Positions 44,470 to 57,138 of a stretch of 64,000 nucleotides of DNA are shown here, piece by piece. The notes beneath the pieces were generated by a model that was given only the letters and a program-made list of their open reading frames with translations, ran no database searches and was not told where the DNA came from. The stretch lies in assembly GCF_009914755.1 (NCBI RefSeq), contig NC_060928.1; one strand, written 5' to 3'. Position 1 is the stretch's first letter; the number at the start of each line of letters is the position of its first letter. The position numbers and the translations under genes are program-made. Origin of the DNA: the human T2T-CHM13v2.0 reference genome, Homo sapiens.

Positions 44470-44605
44470 GTCACCTTTTCGGGCAACCATGAAAAGTACC
44501 TTTCGCCATGTAAGGGTATGTATTCACAGGTTCCAATGTTTGGGACATGGACATTTTTGGAGAAACCATTATTCTGCTTGCCACAGTCACCTTTTCGGGC
44601 AACCA
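44374..44605 (+). repeat. 116-bp tandem duplication
   Basis: 44374-44489 and 44490-44605, 113/116 identical. Confidence 0.97.
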
Positions 44606-46084
44606 CATCATGGAATATAATGGTACTTGTATATTAACCACTCATATTGTTCTGAGTGGCTAATATAAAACACCTTATCAGACTGCATTATTCACAGTCC
44701 CAGCTAAAAAAAGGTAAGAATACTTGACAGCCTTATATTTCTCTGGTAGACTCCTGCCCAATAATTGATATTTACTTATTTAATTTCCTGTTATTTTTTC
44801 TTGTACAGTTAGAGAATTTTAAAAATTATGCATAAATAGGTTATATTATCCTTACAAGTAATAAAAGAGTCATCATTACAAAATGTTAAATATTTATTGC
44901 CAAATGGGTTGTTGAATGTGACAGGACTGAGAATCACTGAGTTAGAGAGTTAAATATTATTTTTAATGAGTTAAGTGGTGCTGGAACATCTACCAAATAT
45001 ATTTTAAATCTGGTTATGGCAGTAGCAGCAAGTCTGAAATTAAAGGTAAGTATTCTACAGGAAATATGCCTGTAGACAGATATGCTTCCAGTGTAGTGCA
45101 AATGTAACAGAACTTCCTTCTTAGCTCTGAATGCCTTCCCTCTCAGACACTGCCCTCTTCTTGGCCAGCCCTCTCCTCCTCACTCTCTGCTTCAGGCCCT
45201 GAAGGCATGGAGAAACTGACGGTAATGAAGCACTCCCAGCTGCAGGAGCACAGACAACTGGGCTCTTTACCATTTCATGGAGCATCGCAAAGGAAAAACA
45301 TGGCTCTGCTGATAAAGGCTCTTACGTTAGTATAATGATGGCTAGGAAGGCAGGTGCCAGGAAAAAAGGGAGGTCAGTGAAAAGACAGGACAACAGGACA
45401 CGTCAGATGGGGAAGAGGGAGTCCTGAAAGCAGGGATGGGGCCCACTGGGCTCTTCTGGGTTGCAGTAAACACCTTAGGCTATTTCTATTAATATATGGA
45501 CTGCCAATTTAAAATAATGTTTAAAATTCAAAATGGATGTTTAGGGAAGGACAAGAGATGAACACACAGCAAGGAAGCCAGAAAACAAGCTCGAGTGGCC
45601 ACAGACATACTCCCAGAGCCTGGAAGGTCATTTCAATACAGCTCTAGTATGAGTTATGTGAATTCTCTTCAGCTGCAGGATGCCACCGTGCTCTCCATTC
45701 TGGGCTCACACTTTATGGTGAAACAGTCCATTCCCCATTGCTCTTGCCTCCACCAACCACAGGTTATCTGTTCATTGTTTTGGTCTTTAGGTTCCAGTCC
45801 CTCTCTGTGACTACGTATTTCCTGATTCTCGTTCCTTCTCTCCCTGTATCCTTCTCCTCCCTCTCCTCCCTAACATTGCATTGAACAGAAGGCATGAAGT
45901 ACAAGAAAACCAACAGGCCACATCTGCCCACTAAATTAATTCAGCTCCCTAGAGCCAGTCTATGTATGGCTGCGCTGAGGTCATGAACCTCATAGGTACC
46001 ATCAGGATAGTGGAGTCACGTTGGCATCCAACGAGTGTGACGATCTAACTGTAGGCTGAGTCAGTCAAGCAGTACTAGACTTTA

Positions 46085-46280
46085 TAGTAAATGGACATGG
46101 GTAGGTTCTGTAGTCAAGCTGCTTGGATCCTGGCTCTGTCAATTATTAGCTGTTACCTTGGACAAGTTATTCAATATCTTGAAGCCTCAGTTTTTTTCAG
46201 CTGTAAAATGGGGAGGATGGGAAATAACAGAACTTGTTAATAAATTATTTTTGGTGATAACTGAGATTGTTGGCACCCTC
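46085..46280 (+). mobile_element. MIR
   Basis: atcctggctctg...ccttggacaagtta...gcctcagttt...ctgtaaaatgggg. Confidence 0.8.
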
Positions 46281-46949
46281 TTAAATTCTGTGCCTGCCTC
46301 ACTCACCTTACCTTAGACCAGTACCTGGTCATGGTTCTGGAGGTTCTGGACCCATCAGTACAGGCAACAGCCTCCCAGAATCCTATCATTTGCATTTTAA
46401 AGTCCAGCTTTTCCTTGCTACTTCTTCCTTTTGTGAATATATTAATATTTCTCCCTCCTATTTAATCCCTACATTGGTTGTTTCAGGATTCGGTATTGAT
46501 GTTTGAGAATATTTTTGGCCTGAAAGATTCATGTTTGGAATAATATATGAACTTGGACTAATGTAATTATGTAGGAAGCCAGCATATTCATGTGTTAACA
46601 CCTATCCTTAATTTCATTTTAATAGAAAATGATTCTTAGCTTAAATAGAATGTAGAACTGTCATTCTGTAAGTCCAGGGACTCAGAGGAAATGCAAGATT
46701 GTATGAAACGGAATTATTTACTAAAAAGTGTTAATGTCACAATGCATTGCAAGAAAATAAATTTAAAACAAAGTATATTTGTTCAAATTAATTTTCTTGG
46801 AGCCTAACATGTTTCAAAGAAAATCTGAACCGTAATTAATGAATTTGCTGAATAGAATGTGTTTGCAAGACAGCCCAGGGTTGAGCTCTGCTAAAGCATA
46901 AGGACTTCGAACTCCTCAGGGAAAATAGTAGCATAATATCCCACAGATT

Positions 46950-47256
46950 AGAAGTCAAAGACTTCAGTGCTACTAGGGGCCAGGAAGGCAGTGAAAGGCA
47001 TGAGCTGGAGTGTATCAGGAATACAACAGGGAAAGGTGAAGACTGTGATTAACTGCAGGTGCCTTTCCCTGTTTAGAGTGGGCAGGGGCCCCTCATCATG
47101 GTTGATTGTTGGCATTTGGAAATCCATGCTAACTTTTCAGATACTCCAATTTTTCAAAACAAGCCAGAAAGCCAGGTACTTATGTGAAAACACTCATATT
47201 TAAAAATATTGGCTCAGTATTTTTTAAAATCACTCAAATGGGCAAAATAAAACATA
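46950..47256 (-). mobile_element. MER102-like hAT element
   Basis: ttttcaaaacaagccagaaa...ttatgtgaaaa...taaaaatattggc...ggcaaaataaaaca. Confidence 0.55.
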
Positions 47257-47264
47257 ACTGAATT

Positions 47265-47562
47265 GTGTTTTTTTTTTTTTCAGATTGGGTCTCACTCTGT
47301 CACCTAGGCTAGAGTGCAGTGGCATGATCATAGCTTACTGTAACCTCTAACTCTTGGGCTTAAGCAATCCTCCCACCTCGGCCTCTCAAGTAGCTAGGAC
47401 TATAGCTGCAACACCATGCCCAACTAATTTTTTAAATTTTGTTGTAGAAATGGGGTCTTGCTATGTTGCCCAGGCTAATCTCGAACTCCTGGCCTCAAGC
47501 AATCTTCCCACCTTGGCTACCCAAAGTGCTAGGATTACAAATGTGAGCTACTGCACCTGGCC
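47265..47562 (-). mobile_element. AluJ
   Basis: Reverse diverged Alu with poly-T. Confidence 0.93.
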
Positions 47563-48491
47563 TGATTTTCTAATCTCTGCATAGAGAATGATATTTGTTA
47601 TAAGAAGTGGGGGAAATGAGATGGATTTTCATTCTTTATTTCTTAAATCTTACCTTGAGCATTTCTGAAGAATTGAAGATTTTAATTTATTTATGAAAAC
47701 TTTTGTTTTAGTTAACCTAAAATAAAGGCTACATAGAGACACAAAACCAAAATTTTGACCTCATAACAGTCTGACCAGCTTTTCTGAGTTGTGCCATGGG
47801 TTTTCCAGTTGGTAGTCCCTTCAAGAAGGGAAGAAATTGCATCACATTTGGACGGCTTTACAGCTCCTTTCTGACATTTCCCAGCAAAACCTCATCTAGG
47901 CCCCACCTCTGACAGTGACTGTCATTCTGAAAAACTGGGTTTAACTCACAGGCTAGAAATGCACTCTAGAGGACGAGCTTGAATAAACCTGCTGAAACTC
48001 AGGAAACCACAGGGGAACTGGAAAGTGACCATGTTTAATATTTAACAAAGTGAGTTGTACTCTGAGGCACTATTATTTTTCCTTTGCTCCAGAAATACAA
48101 GGTGAATGCTTTAAGCAATCCAGCTTGGGCCTTACTTCCAACACAATTTACAAGAATACACTTGCTCTTTGCTGAAGAGGGCTCCTAAAGCCACTGGCCT
48201 ACACCATTCCTGAAGCCCACTCTTCTCAGTTTGAGATGCTTGACTGTAACGTAAGCAAATCTGAACATGCAGTCTATCTTTGGGATGTCTCAGGATGTTT
48301 GAAAATTAAGGGAGAGAAGATGGAAATGAAGGAGACCCTTGACCGGAGCCAGTGGGATATGGGGGGAGTACACACCTTGGTAAGACTTAGATTGCTCTCC
48401 ACCAAGGCAAGGGAAGAGAAAAAGGATAAGACAAAAAGTGAAATGACTTCAATTCCCATTTAACAAATGCCATCACATTAAAAATCTATGG

Positions 48492-48550
48492 CACATTGGA
48501 CCCCATAAATATATACAATTATTATTTGTCAATTAAAAACAAATTTTTTA
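48492..48550 (+). mobile_element. Tiny L1MA 3'-terminal fragment
   Basis: cacattggaccccataaatatatacaattattatttgtcaattaaaaa is the L1MA extreme 3' end. Confidence 0.7.
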
Positions 48551-49359
48551 CAAAATCCGTGATACACTCTCAAAGCCTCAGACCCAGGCTCATATTCTCC
48601 AAATGCTATTCAATAGAACACAAGTTCAAGAAGAGTAAAAGCACTGGACAGCCTGTCCCCTGGAGCTCATAGCGATAGAATTTGACCTACATTGCTAAAA
48701 TGCCAAGTTTGTCCTTCTGGATCTTTTTATGGATAAAATTCAGAGAAGAGATGACTATAAAAGTTAGTGTCAGTGTGTTTAACAAATAGCCTTTGATCTT
48801 TTGAATAATACTTGCCTCAAAAACTTCCCTCTATCTAGAAAAGTTAATTAGTATTTTTTTAATTAACAATATATTAAAATGTTAATTCAGCATTTTTTCT
48901 GGAAAAAAAATAGAAATAATAGGCTCTCCTAAAGTCCCTATTGTTGTGAGTCTGTAGAGAGGATCTCTAACTTTTAAATTCAGCTTGCTTGTTTTGTCAC
49001 TTTTATTAGGCAGCATCTTCCAAAAAGCCACTGGGCATCTTTCACAGGCCATGGAAAGATAACATTGGATTAAAGATAATACGGGCTCTGCTCTAGGGAG
49101 CCTGATTCCCTTTCCATCGCCTGTCAGGACCTTCAAGGGTAATTGTCACTATCAGAAAGCAGTGACTTTTATTTTCCCTCAAGGTAGATTCAGTGTTCAG
49201 ACCCTCATAGTGATGTAAAAGGCCCAGTAAGAACTGCATGGCCGTAAGAACTGCATGGCAGGACTGGAATTTAACTCTTGGGTGCTATAAACTCATCCTC
49301 TGGTTTCTTCTCCTTGACTTGTCCAAATCTAGTTGCTACATTAAAAACTTCCCTGCATG

Positions 49360-49730
<371 letters not shown>

Positions 49731-49894
49731 TCATTCTTGGGGACTCTGGAGACTTAATGCAGGAAACACATGGCCAAAACCAAGGAAGCACAAGTGAGAA
49801 AACACAAAAGTTGGAGCAGATACTTGAGGGAAATGGAGCAAAGGCTCTGAGTCATTTGTGGGAAAAAAAGACAAATGAAAATTGATTCAGTAAC

Positions 49895-50840
49895 TGTGTT
49901 CCTTCATTTTACCCAAATGAGTTGAAAACACGTCCACACAAAAACCTGCACATAGATGTTTATAGCAGCTTTATTCACGACTGCCAAACCTTGAAAGACA
50001 CTGAGATGTCCTTCAGTAGTTAAATGAATAAATAAACTGTGATACATCCAGAAAACAGAACATTATTCAGTGCTAAAAACAAATGAGCCATCAAACCATG
50101 AAACTACATGGAGGAAATTTAAATGCATATTACTAAACAAAAGACGCCAATCTGAAAATGCTACATACCGCATTATTCCAACTATGTGACATTCTGGAAC
50201 AGACCAAACAATGGAGACAGCTGGGTACGGTGGCTCACACCTGTAAGGTCAGCACTTTAGGAGGCCAAGGCAGGTGGATCATTTGAGGTTGGGAATTCGA
50301 GACCAGCCTGGCCATTGTGTTGAAACCCCGTCTCTATTAAAAATACATAAATTAGCCAGGCATGGTAGCAGGTGCTTGTAATGCCAGCTACTCAGAAGGC
50401 TGAGGCAGAAGAATCGCTTGAACCCAGGAGGTGGAGGCTGTGGTGAGCCGAAATTATGCCACTGCACTCCAGCCTGAGTGATAGAGCAAGACTCCATCTC
50501 AAAGGAAAAAAAAAACAAAAAACAAAAAACAAAAAAAAAACAATGGAGACAGTAAAAACATCAGTGGTTGTCAGGAGTTGAGGGGAGCGGAGATTAGTAA
50601 GCAGAGCTGAAGAGTATTTTGGGCAGTGAAACTATTCTGTTCGATACTACAATATTAGATAGATACATGTCATTATACATTTCTCAAAACCCCTAGAATG
50701 TTCACCAAGAGTGAACCCAAATGTAAACTACTATGGATTCTGGGTGATAAAGAAGCATCAACGTAACTACATTGATGATAACAAATGTACCACTCTGGTG
50801 CAGGATGCTGAAAGTGAAGGTTGCGAATGGGGGCAAGGGA
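49895..50840 (+). mobile_element. L1MC/MD 3' end, interrupted by Alu
   Basis: aaaacctgcacatagatgtttatagcagctttattcac...aacaaatgtaccactctggtgcagg. Confidence 0.85.
50219..50537 (+). mobile_element. AluS
   Basis: Full Alu; TSD aaacaatggagacag at 50206-50220 and 50538-50552. Confidence 0.95.
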
Positions 50841-51689
50841 GCGGGGATTGAGTGGAGGGATTCGAAGGGCAAAAGAACACTGCTAATGGAGCATCAGAAT
50901 CGAATGAGAAAACAAGAATAACACAATAAATGTTCAAGAGCCTTTTTTAGTCTTTAGCAGGAAAAATTAAAAGCTACTTCTCCAGGGACCTGAGACTAAC
51001 ATTAGGCATCACCACTGTCCATGGCATTGTTTCTCTGCTGTAACGTGGGGGCACAGGGTGTTCTTATCAATTGTTATGAAACTCTCAGATACTAGATACA
51101 AAAGAGAAGGAAGTTGGGAAAATTACAAATATTAACAAAATACAACTTCTGTTTGGAGGAGAGTTTGCGGTGGAGTGGGAACAAGGGACACTACACTCAT
51201 AAGTGAGGAGGTTCATGGGGAATGGGGGTGGGAGGAAGATCATGGACTGAATACAAACGTGCTAGCCTCAATGCTCCAAACTGGAGTATTGGCTGCCTAC
51301 CAATGATATGCATTGTGACCCTAGGTCATCTAACCAATTGATGTTTCCTGCTGAAGTAATCTTGAAGGTAAACAATGTAATTTTAAGAGCAAAGATAAGG
51401 TCTTTCTACCAACCAAAACATGTACCCTGCTTGCTAACATGTACCCTTCTGCTACCTATTAAAATGCAAATACCCTTAGGAGATATTAGACTTGAAGTCA
51501 TTTAAATCAAGTGTAACTTACTGTGAGTTTATTTATCTGATCTGAGTAGATTGCTTTGATAGGAAAAAGGATATATTAAACTCAAGATCACTGAACACCA
51601 TGGCATGGTGAAATGTTTGGCTGGGAGAATGAGGATATTTAAAACACTCTATTAACTATAGGCTTTAGCAAATCAATTTTCTTTCTGAA

Positions 51690-53340
51690 AAAATGGGATG
51701 AAAACACTGAAGGCATGGTCCATGAAAGAAAGAATTGATAAGCTGGACTTCATTAAAATTAATATTTTCTTCTCTGTAAAAGACACTGTCAAAAGAATCC
51801 AAAGACAAGCCACAGACAGGAAGAAAATATCTGCAGAAGACGTATCTGATAAAGAACTGTTATCCAAAATGTATAAAGAACTCTCAAAGCTCAACAATGA
51901 GAAAGAAAACAACCAGATTAAAAAATTGGCCAAAGACTTTAGTTGACACCTCGCCAAAAAAGATATACATATGGCAAATAATCATATGAAAAGATGCTCT
52001 GTATCACATGTTATCAGGCAAATGCAAATTAAAACAATTAGATACCACAGTATACCTATCAAAATGACCAAAATCCAGAACACTGATAACACCAAATGCT
52101 AACAAGGAAGTGGAATCATAAGAACTCTTCCATTGCTGATGAGAATGCAAAAGACAGTTTGGCAGTTTCTTACAAAACTAAACATACTCTTACCATACAA
52201 GCCAGCAATCACACTCCTTGGTATTTACCAGAAAAAGGGTTGAAAACTTATGTCCATCCAACAGGAATGTTTACAGCAGCTTTGTTCATAATTGCCAAAA
52301 CTTGAAAGCAACCAAGATGTCCTTCAGTGAACGAATGGATAAACTGTGGTACATCCAGACAATGAAATATTATTCCGTGCTGAAAGGTTCAGAGCTATCA
52401 AGCTATGAAAAGACATGGAGAAAACTTCAATGCATATTACTAAGTGAAAGAACGCCATCTGGGAAGGCTACATACTATATAATTCCAACTATGTGACACT
52501 CTGGGAAAAGCAAACTATGAAGACAGTAAAAAGATCAGTGGTTCTCAGTGGTGGGGGGAGAGAGAGATGAAAGGCAGAGCACAGAGGATTTTTAGGACAA
52601 TGAAACTATTCTGTAATGATACACATCATTATGCTGTAATGATATAATACTGTAATGATACACATCATTATGCATTTGTCAAAACCCATATAGTATAATG
52701 CACCAAGTTATATAGATTGGATGTTGTCCCCTTTAAATCCCATGTTGAATTGTAATCCCCAATGTTGGAGGTAGGGCCTGGTGGGAGGCTACTGAATCAT
52801 GAAGCCAGATTTCTCATGAATGGTTAAGCCCTATCACATTGATGCTGTTCTCGTGATAGTTCTCACAAGAACCAGCTGTTGAAAAGCGTGTGACATCTTC
52901 CCCCTTGCTCTCTCTCTTGCTGCTGCTATCACCATGTGACATGCCTGATCCACTTCGCCTTCTGCCAAGCTCCCTAAAACCTCCCCAGAAGTCAAGCAGA
53001 TGCCAGCACCATGCTTGTACAGCCTGCAAAACCATTAGCCAATTAAACCCTTTTTCTTTATAAATTATCCAGTCTCAGGTATTTCTTCATAACAACACAA
53101 GAATGACCTAACACACCAAGAATGAACCTTAATGTAAGGTAAGGTCTTTGAGTGATAATGATGTGTCCATGCAGGCCCATCAGTTGTAATAAATGTACCA
53201 CTCTGGTGGGAGAATTGACAATGCAGGAGGCTATGCATGGTAAGGGGCAGAGGGTATACAGGAAATCTGTGTACCTTCCACTCAATTTTGCTGTGAACCT
53301 AAAACTGCTCTTAAAAAATAAAGTATAATCTGAAAAAAAA
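51690..53340 (+). mobile_element. L1MC/MD ORF2 end and 3' UTR, interrupted by MST
   Basis: Peptide KERIDKLDFIKINIFFSVKDTVKRIQRQATD; 3' end gctgtgaacctaaaactgctcttaaaaaataaag. Confidence 0.88.
52708..53115 (+). mobile_element. MSTA/MSTB MaLR solo LTR
   Basis: catgttgaattgtaatccccaatgttggaggt...ctaacaca; 5-bp TSD ccaag (52703-52707 and 53116-53120). Confidence 0.9.
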
Positions 53341-54429
53341 TCTTTAATGAAAACAATGCAACCTTTGAATGTTTGCAAAGCAACCAGAGCATTGACTGTA
53401 TACTATCTTACTATTGTTATTACTCTCGAAAAGATACTTAGGGAGCAGTGAGTAGATTTTATGGAATGGAGACAAAAGAGTCTTCGATTTCTCTCAGCCT
53501 AGCTCGCTGAAGTTGTACATTAGGGAAACAATATTCATGTGCAAGTTTTTGTCCGGTATTCATTTATTTTCCTCTGATTCTCTTGAGCCACAGGGATCAA
53601 GGACTGGTTTTGGGTATTCCCATGTCCTACAATATATATCTCCACAAAACCTAATCTCTTTAATTTTTTCAGAATTTCCAGAAAAAACTACAAGATCTTG
53701 ACCACATGACTATGACCTTGGAATTTTCTCATGAGGATCTTGGACACCACCACTACACCTTGCTGACCTCCAAGGCCAGCTTCCCCTTAGAGTTCTGACC
53801 AAAGTACTATACAAAGCTCTTTGCTTAGTTCATTTAGGGCTACTCAGGCAGTTGGCACTTTTAAACAAAAGAAAGTAAACATAGACGGGGAACAAACCAT
53901 TTTTAAGAAGCCTGACTTATATAAAAGAGGTTCCTCATCTTATCACAGTTACCTACTAACAGGACTCTAAGGTCTTGGCTGTCCTAGATCCTGTCTCCCA
54001 AGCTATCAACCATGTTAGAGCAAAAAGGCCCATTAAGCATCATGGCATCCAGCCTGGACCCTTTAACTCTCACATCCCTGTATGCATACTTCTTACCACC
54101 TACCACCAGGGACCCAAGGGCTTTCCAGTGTGCCTGGCCTCTCAGCCTTTCCCACTAATTCCCTGTGTCTAGTTTGACATTTGTCTCTTCCCCAGTAATG
54201 AATGACTGTCCTTCAGGAGAGGCAGCTGCCCTCCCCTCATACCTCCCTACACCCATTAATCTCCCTTGGACATAGGTCAACTCGGTAGTAGGCCTAATAG
54301 ATATTTTACCCACAAGATAGCATTACATCTATGTAGCAAGACACACACACATAACACACCTGCCAAGATGAAAAAGAGTGAGGGAGAATGTGCAGCTGAG
54401 ATGTTGCATCATACTCACTACTAAATTGT

Positions 54430-54552
54430 AAGAAACAGTCTTGAAAGCAGGGTCCATTTGTCAGTGTTTATATAACCCTTGATGGCCAGCACAGCATCCA
54501 GTACAATTAGGCACCCAATAAATAATTGTTGCATTAAATAATGAATGAATAC
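54430..54552 (+). mobile_element. L2 3' end
   Basis: cttgaaagcaggg...caataaataattgttgcattaaataatgaatgaat. Confidence 0.7.
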
Positions 54553-54894
54553 ATTTAATGATTTCTCCCACTGTTTAAAATCTGAAGTGAAAGACCAGTT
54601 CTGTGCTCTGACATAGCCCCTGATAAATTTTGAGTTTTAAGGAAATCCTCAACAAAGCCTCCATTGATCAAGCTCCAGGATTAACTTCTCTCTGCTGTTT
54701 ACTTTCCAACACAGAAAACTTTAAATACTTTAAAATATGTAAAGTTGGAGGAATTAAATTAAATAAACAACTCACTGGCAATGGAACCACTCCAAGGCAA
54801 AGTCAATATAGATACTCTCAAAACTACACATAAAGTCACCAAGGCAAAATGAACCTCTCATACTTAAAGCAAGAAAAATATATTTAACAAGAAT

Positions 54895-55040
54895 TAGTAT
54901 TTACTGAGAACCTACTATGTACCAAGAAGTATGATTGGCACATATTTTATATTGTTTTGTTTAACCCTTACGACAGCCCTACACATTAAGAAGTATTGTC
55001 TCCATTTTAAAAAAGTCAGAAAAGTGTTTCTGTCCATAGT
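54895..55040 (-). mobile_element. MIR
   Basis: tatttactgagaacctactatgtaccaag...tattgtctccatttta. Confidence 0.75.
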
Positions 55041-55194
55041 CACTTGTTTAAGGGGTTAAGGGCATAAACTTTTGGATCCAGACTGACTAGGTTTAAATTC
55101 TGCCGCTGCCTTTTCCTAGCTGTATGACCCTGGACAAACGTAGCTTAATATATTTGTGCCTTGGTTTCTTCATCTGAAAAATGGAGCTAATAAT

Positions 55195-55844
55195 TGTTCC
55201 AGTTGCTAAATTATCATCGCTCATCTCCAAGCCCACGTTTCTGTTATCTGCTTTGTGATGCTTGGGGCTGGAACTCTGAGAACCACATTTCGGCTGAGTC
55301 AGCTGCTTCTTGTAATATCTGCCAGTAGGGGCGCTAGCGAGAGGGGCAGAGCCCGAGGACGAACAGGGGACTTGCTCCTTCCCGTGTGCTTCTTATGAAC
55401 TTCGCCTCAGCAGTACCATCCTTTTCTTCTTCCTACAGAGCCACCGAGCCAGTTTGTAGATTTTCCAGAATCAGCCTCATTATGTGCCCCTCAGGGACAC
55501 TGGCACCCGCCCCCTCCTTTTTCCAGAATCAGCCTCATTATGTGCCCCTCAGGGATACTGGCACCCGCCCCCTCCTCAGAGGTCTGAATTTCAGCTCTGT
55601 GGGGCCCTTCCTCTAAGTGTCCAGGAAGTGTTGGTAATCCCAGCTCTTTCCTTTGCTCCCTCAGCCCTGGAGACGGCAGCTGCTCCCTGGAATTGCTTGC
55701 TACCTACCTGATACCTTACAGCTCTCTTTCTACCCTTCTTTTTACCCTTTTCATTACCTCATTAAAACATTACAACCGGTTAACCAGTTAGATTCTCTTT
55801 TCCAATTATTGGTGTGGTATTCTCCTGACAAGCCCTGAGAAACA
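55195..55844 (+). mobile_element. LTR41-like ERVL LTR
   Basis: tgttccagttgctaaatt...ctgctttgtgatgcttggggctggaactctg...gccagtaggggcgctag; ATTAAA at 55761; ends ccctgagaaaca. Confidence 0.75.
55461..55576 (+). repeat. 58-bp tandem duplication within LTR41
   Basis: 55461-55518 and 55519-55576, one mismatch (gacac/gatac). Confidence 0.95.
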
Positions 55845-56439
55845 AGAACACCTACCTCATTAGGTCACTGAGACTATTAAATGAGTTCATCGTAAAATGC
55901 TCGTATTGTACCTGGAGCACAGGGCTTGCTATATCAATGTTAGCTCTTTTTATGTGGTAAGTATTGGAGCTGGGTGGGAATCTGGGTCTGTCCATCTTCT
56001 CAATCAACATAATGTTTCTCTAACAAAAATAGCTACTGTTGACACAGGCATGGGCTTAATGCTTCCACATACGTTGCCTCTTTTAATCCTCTTCAGCACC
56101 TCTTAGATGCTTTGAATTTTTGCAGTGTTTTTTCTCTGACAGTTGGCATCAAGAAAGGTATTCTGAGTTACTATGTGCATTATTCTGAAAAGCTAGGCAA
56201 GTACTCCCATCAGTGCAAACTTCTACAGTGGAAGAATAATATGTAAATATGAACCTCTCTAAAATTAAACATGAACTTCTCCGAACTTGCCCCATGTATC
56301 ACCAGGAATTAACATAATTTAAGTGTGTATGTGTGTACTCATGTGTGTTTGTCTGAGAATTAATATTTTGAAATTTCAAATTTTCTACTCTTTGAATTTC
56401 TAAACTATCAATGAAATATAGAACCTCAAAATTATTAAA

Positions 56440-56630
56440 AGGCTACTTTGCACCAGGTACTGGGATATAAGTGTTTTCACATATATTATCTCATTTCATC
56501 CTTAACATATGCTACCCCAGTGGGTATGATCATCTTCTCTATACAAATATGTTCAAGATCACATAGCAAAGTGGCAGAACCAAGAATTGAAACCAATTCT
56601 TTCTGACTCACAGAGCTCATGTTTTAACCA
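56440..56630 (-). mobile_element. MIR
   Basis: tactttgcaccaggtactggg...caagatcacatagcaaagtggcagaacc. Confidence 0.75.
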
Positions 56631-56991
56631 ATTCATCACAGGTCATAAGTGAGGGTTATTCTCCACAACACATGTTGAGAGAATAAAGTTTAGTAAAAAT
56701 ATGAACTGAGATAGGAACAATTCCTTCACTGTGAAGTGCTTAGAAAATAAAAGAGCTGAATATAGCACAGTATCTTCTGACCTTGCTTTCAGAATTGCTT
56801 GTAAGTCATGGGAAAATTCTCAGGTTCTGTCACTGGGTTTCAAGAATCTCCCTCAAATTATATTTCATTTCAAGGATCCCTCTCCCATTTCAGTTTTGCT
56901 ATTATGAAGGCAAAGCATATGGGAATAAGAACTACTTTGTTTCTGGGTATGCCCTGGCCATCCAAAGACAAGTCATTCTCTTCAGGAAGAA

Positions 56992-56994
56992 AAA

Positions 56995-57033
<39 letters not shown>

Positions 57034-57035
57034 AA
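56992..57035 (+). repeat. (AAAT)n microsatellite
   Basis: About 10 perfect AAAT units. Confidence 0.95.
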
Positions 57036-57090
57036 GCACCCACCCAAAATAATTATTTTTTAAAGGAACAATACGGAAGAAAAAACATAC

Positions 57091-57138
57091 CTTTTGCTTG
57101 GTGCTTGATTTCAGGCCAACTCGGGAATGACTTTTAGA
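57091..57138 (-). other. Candidate 48-nt exon of an unidentified minus-strand transcript
   Basis: Minus strand: atttctttctcattttttcctctag|TCTAAAAGTC...CAAGCAAAAG|gtatgt; unique sequence; prediction only. Confidence 0.4.

Larger units (their letters stand above)
55045..55945 (+). mobile_element. MIR split by LTR41 (55045-55194 and 55845-55945)
   Basis: tagctgtatgaccctggacaa...catctgaaaaatggag resumes as acctacctcat...aaatgag...aatgttagct. Confidence 0.75.

Noticed and set aside
44374-44605. Tandem or direct repeats as a CRISPR-like array
   Set aside because: Only two contiguous copies, no spacers, eukaryotic context; likewise the 55461 duplication, while the 25212 pair is only two dispersed copies.
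49227-49259. Short tandem duplication of gtaagaactgcatggc (also 52610-52675, 22540-22600, 26520-26552)
   Set aside because: Ordinary slippage products with no evident significance.
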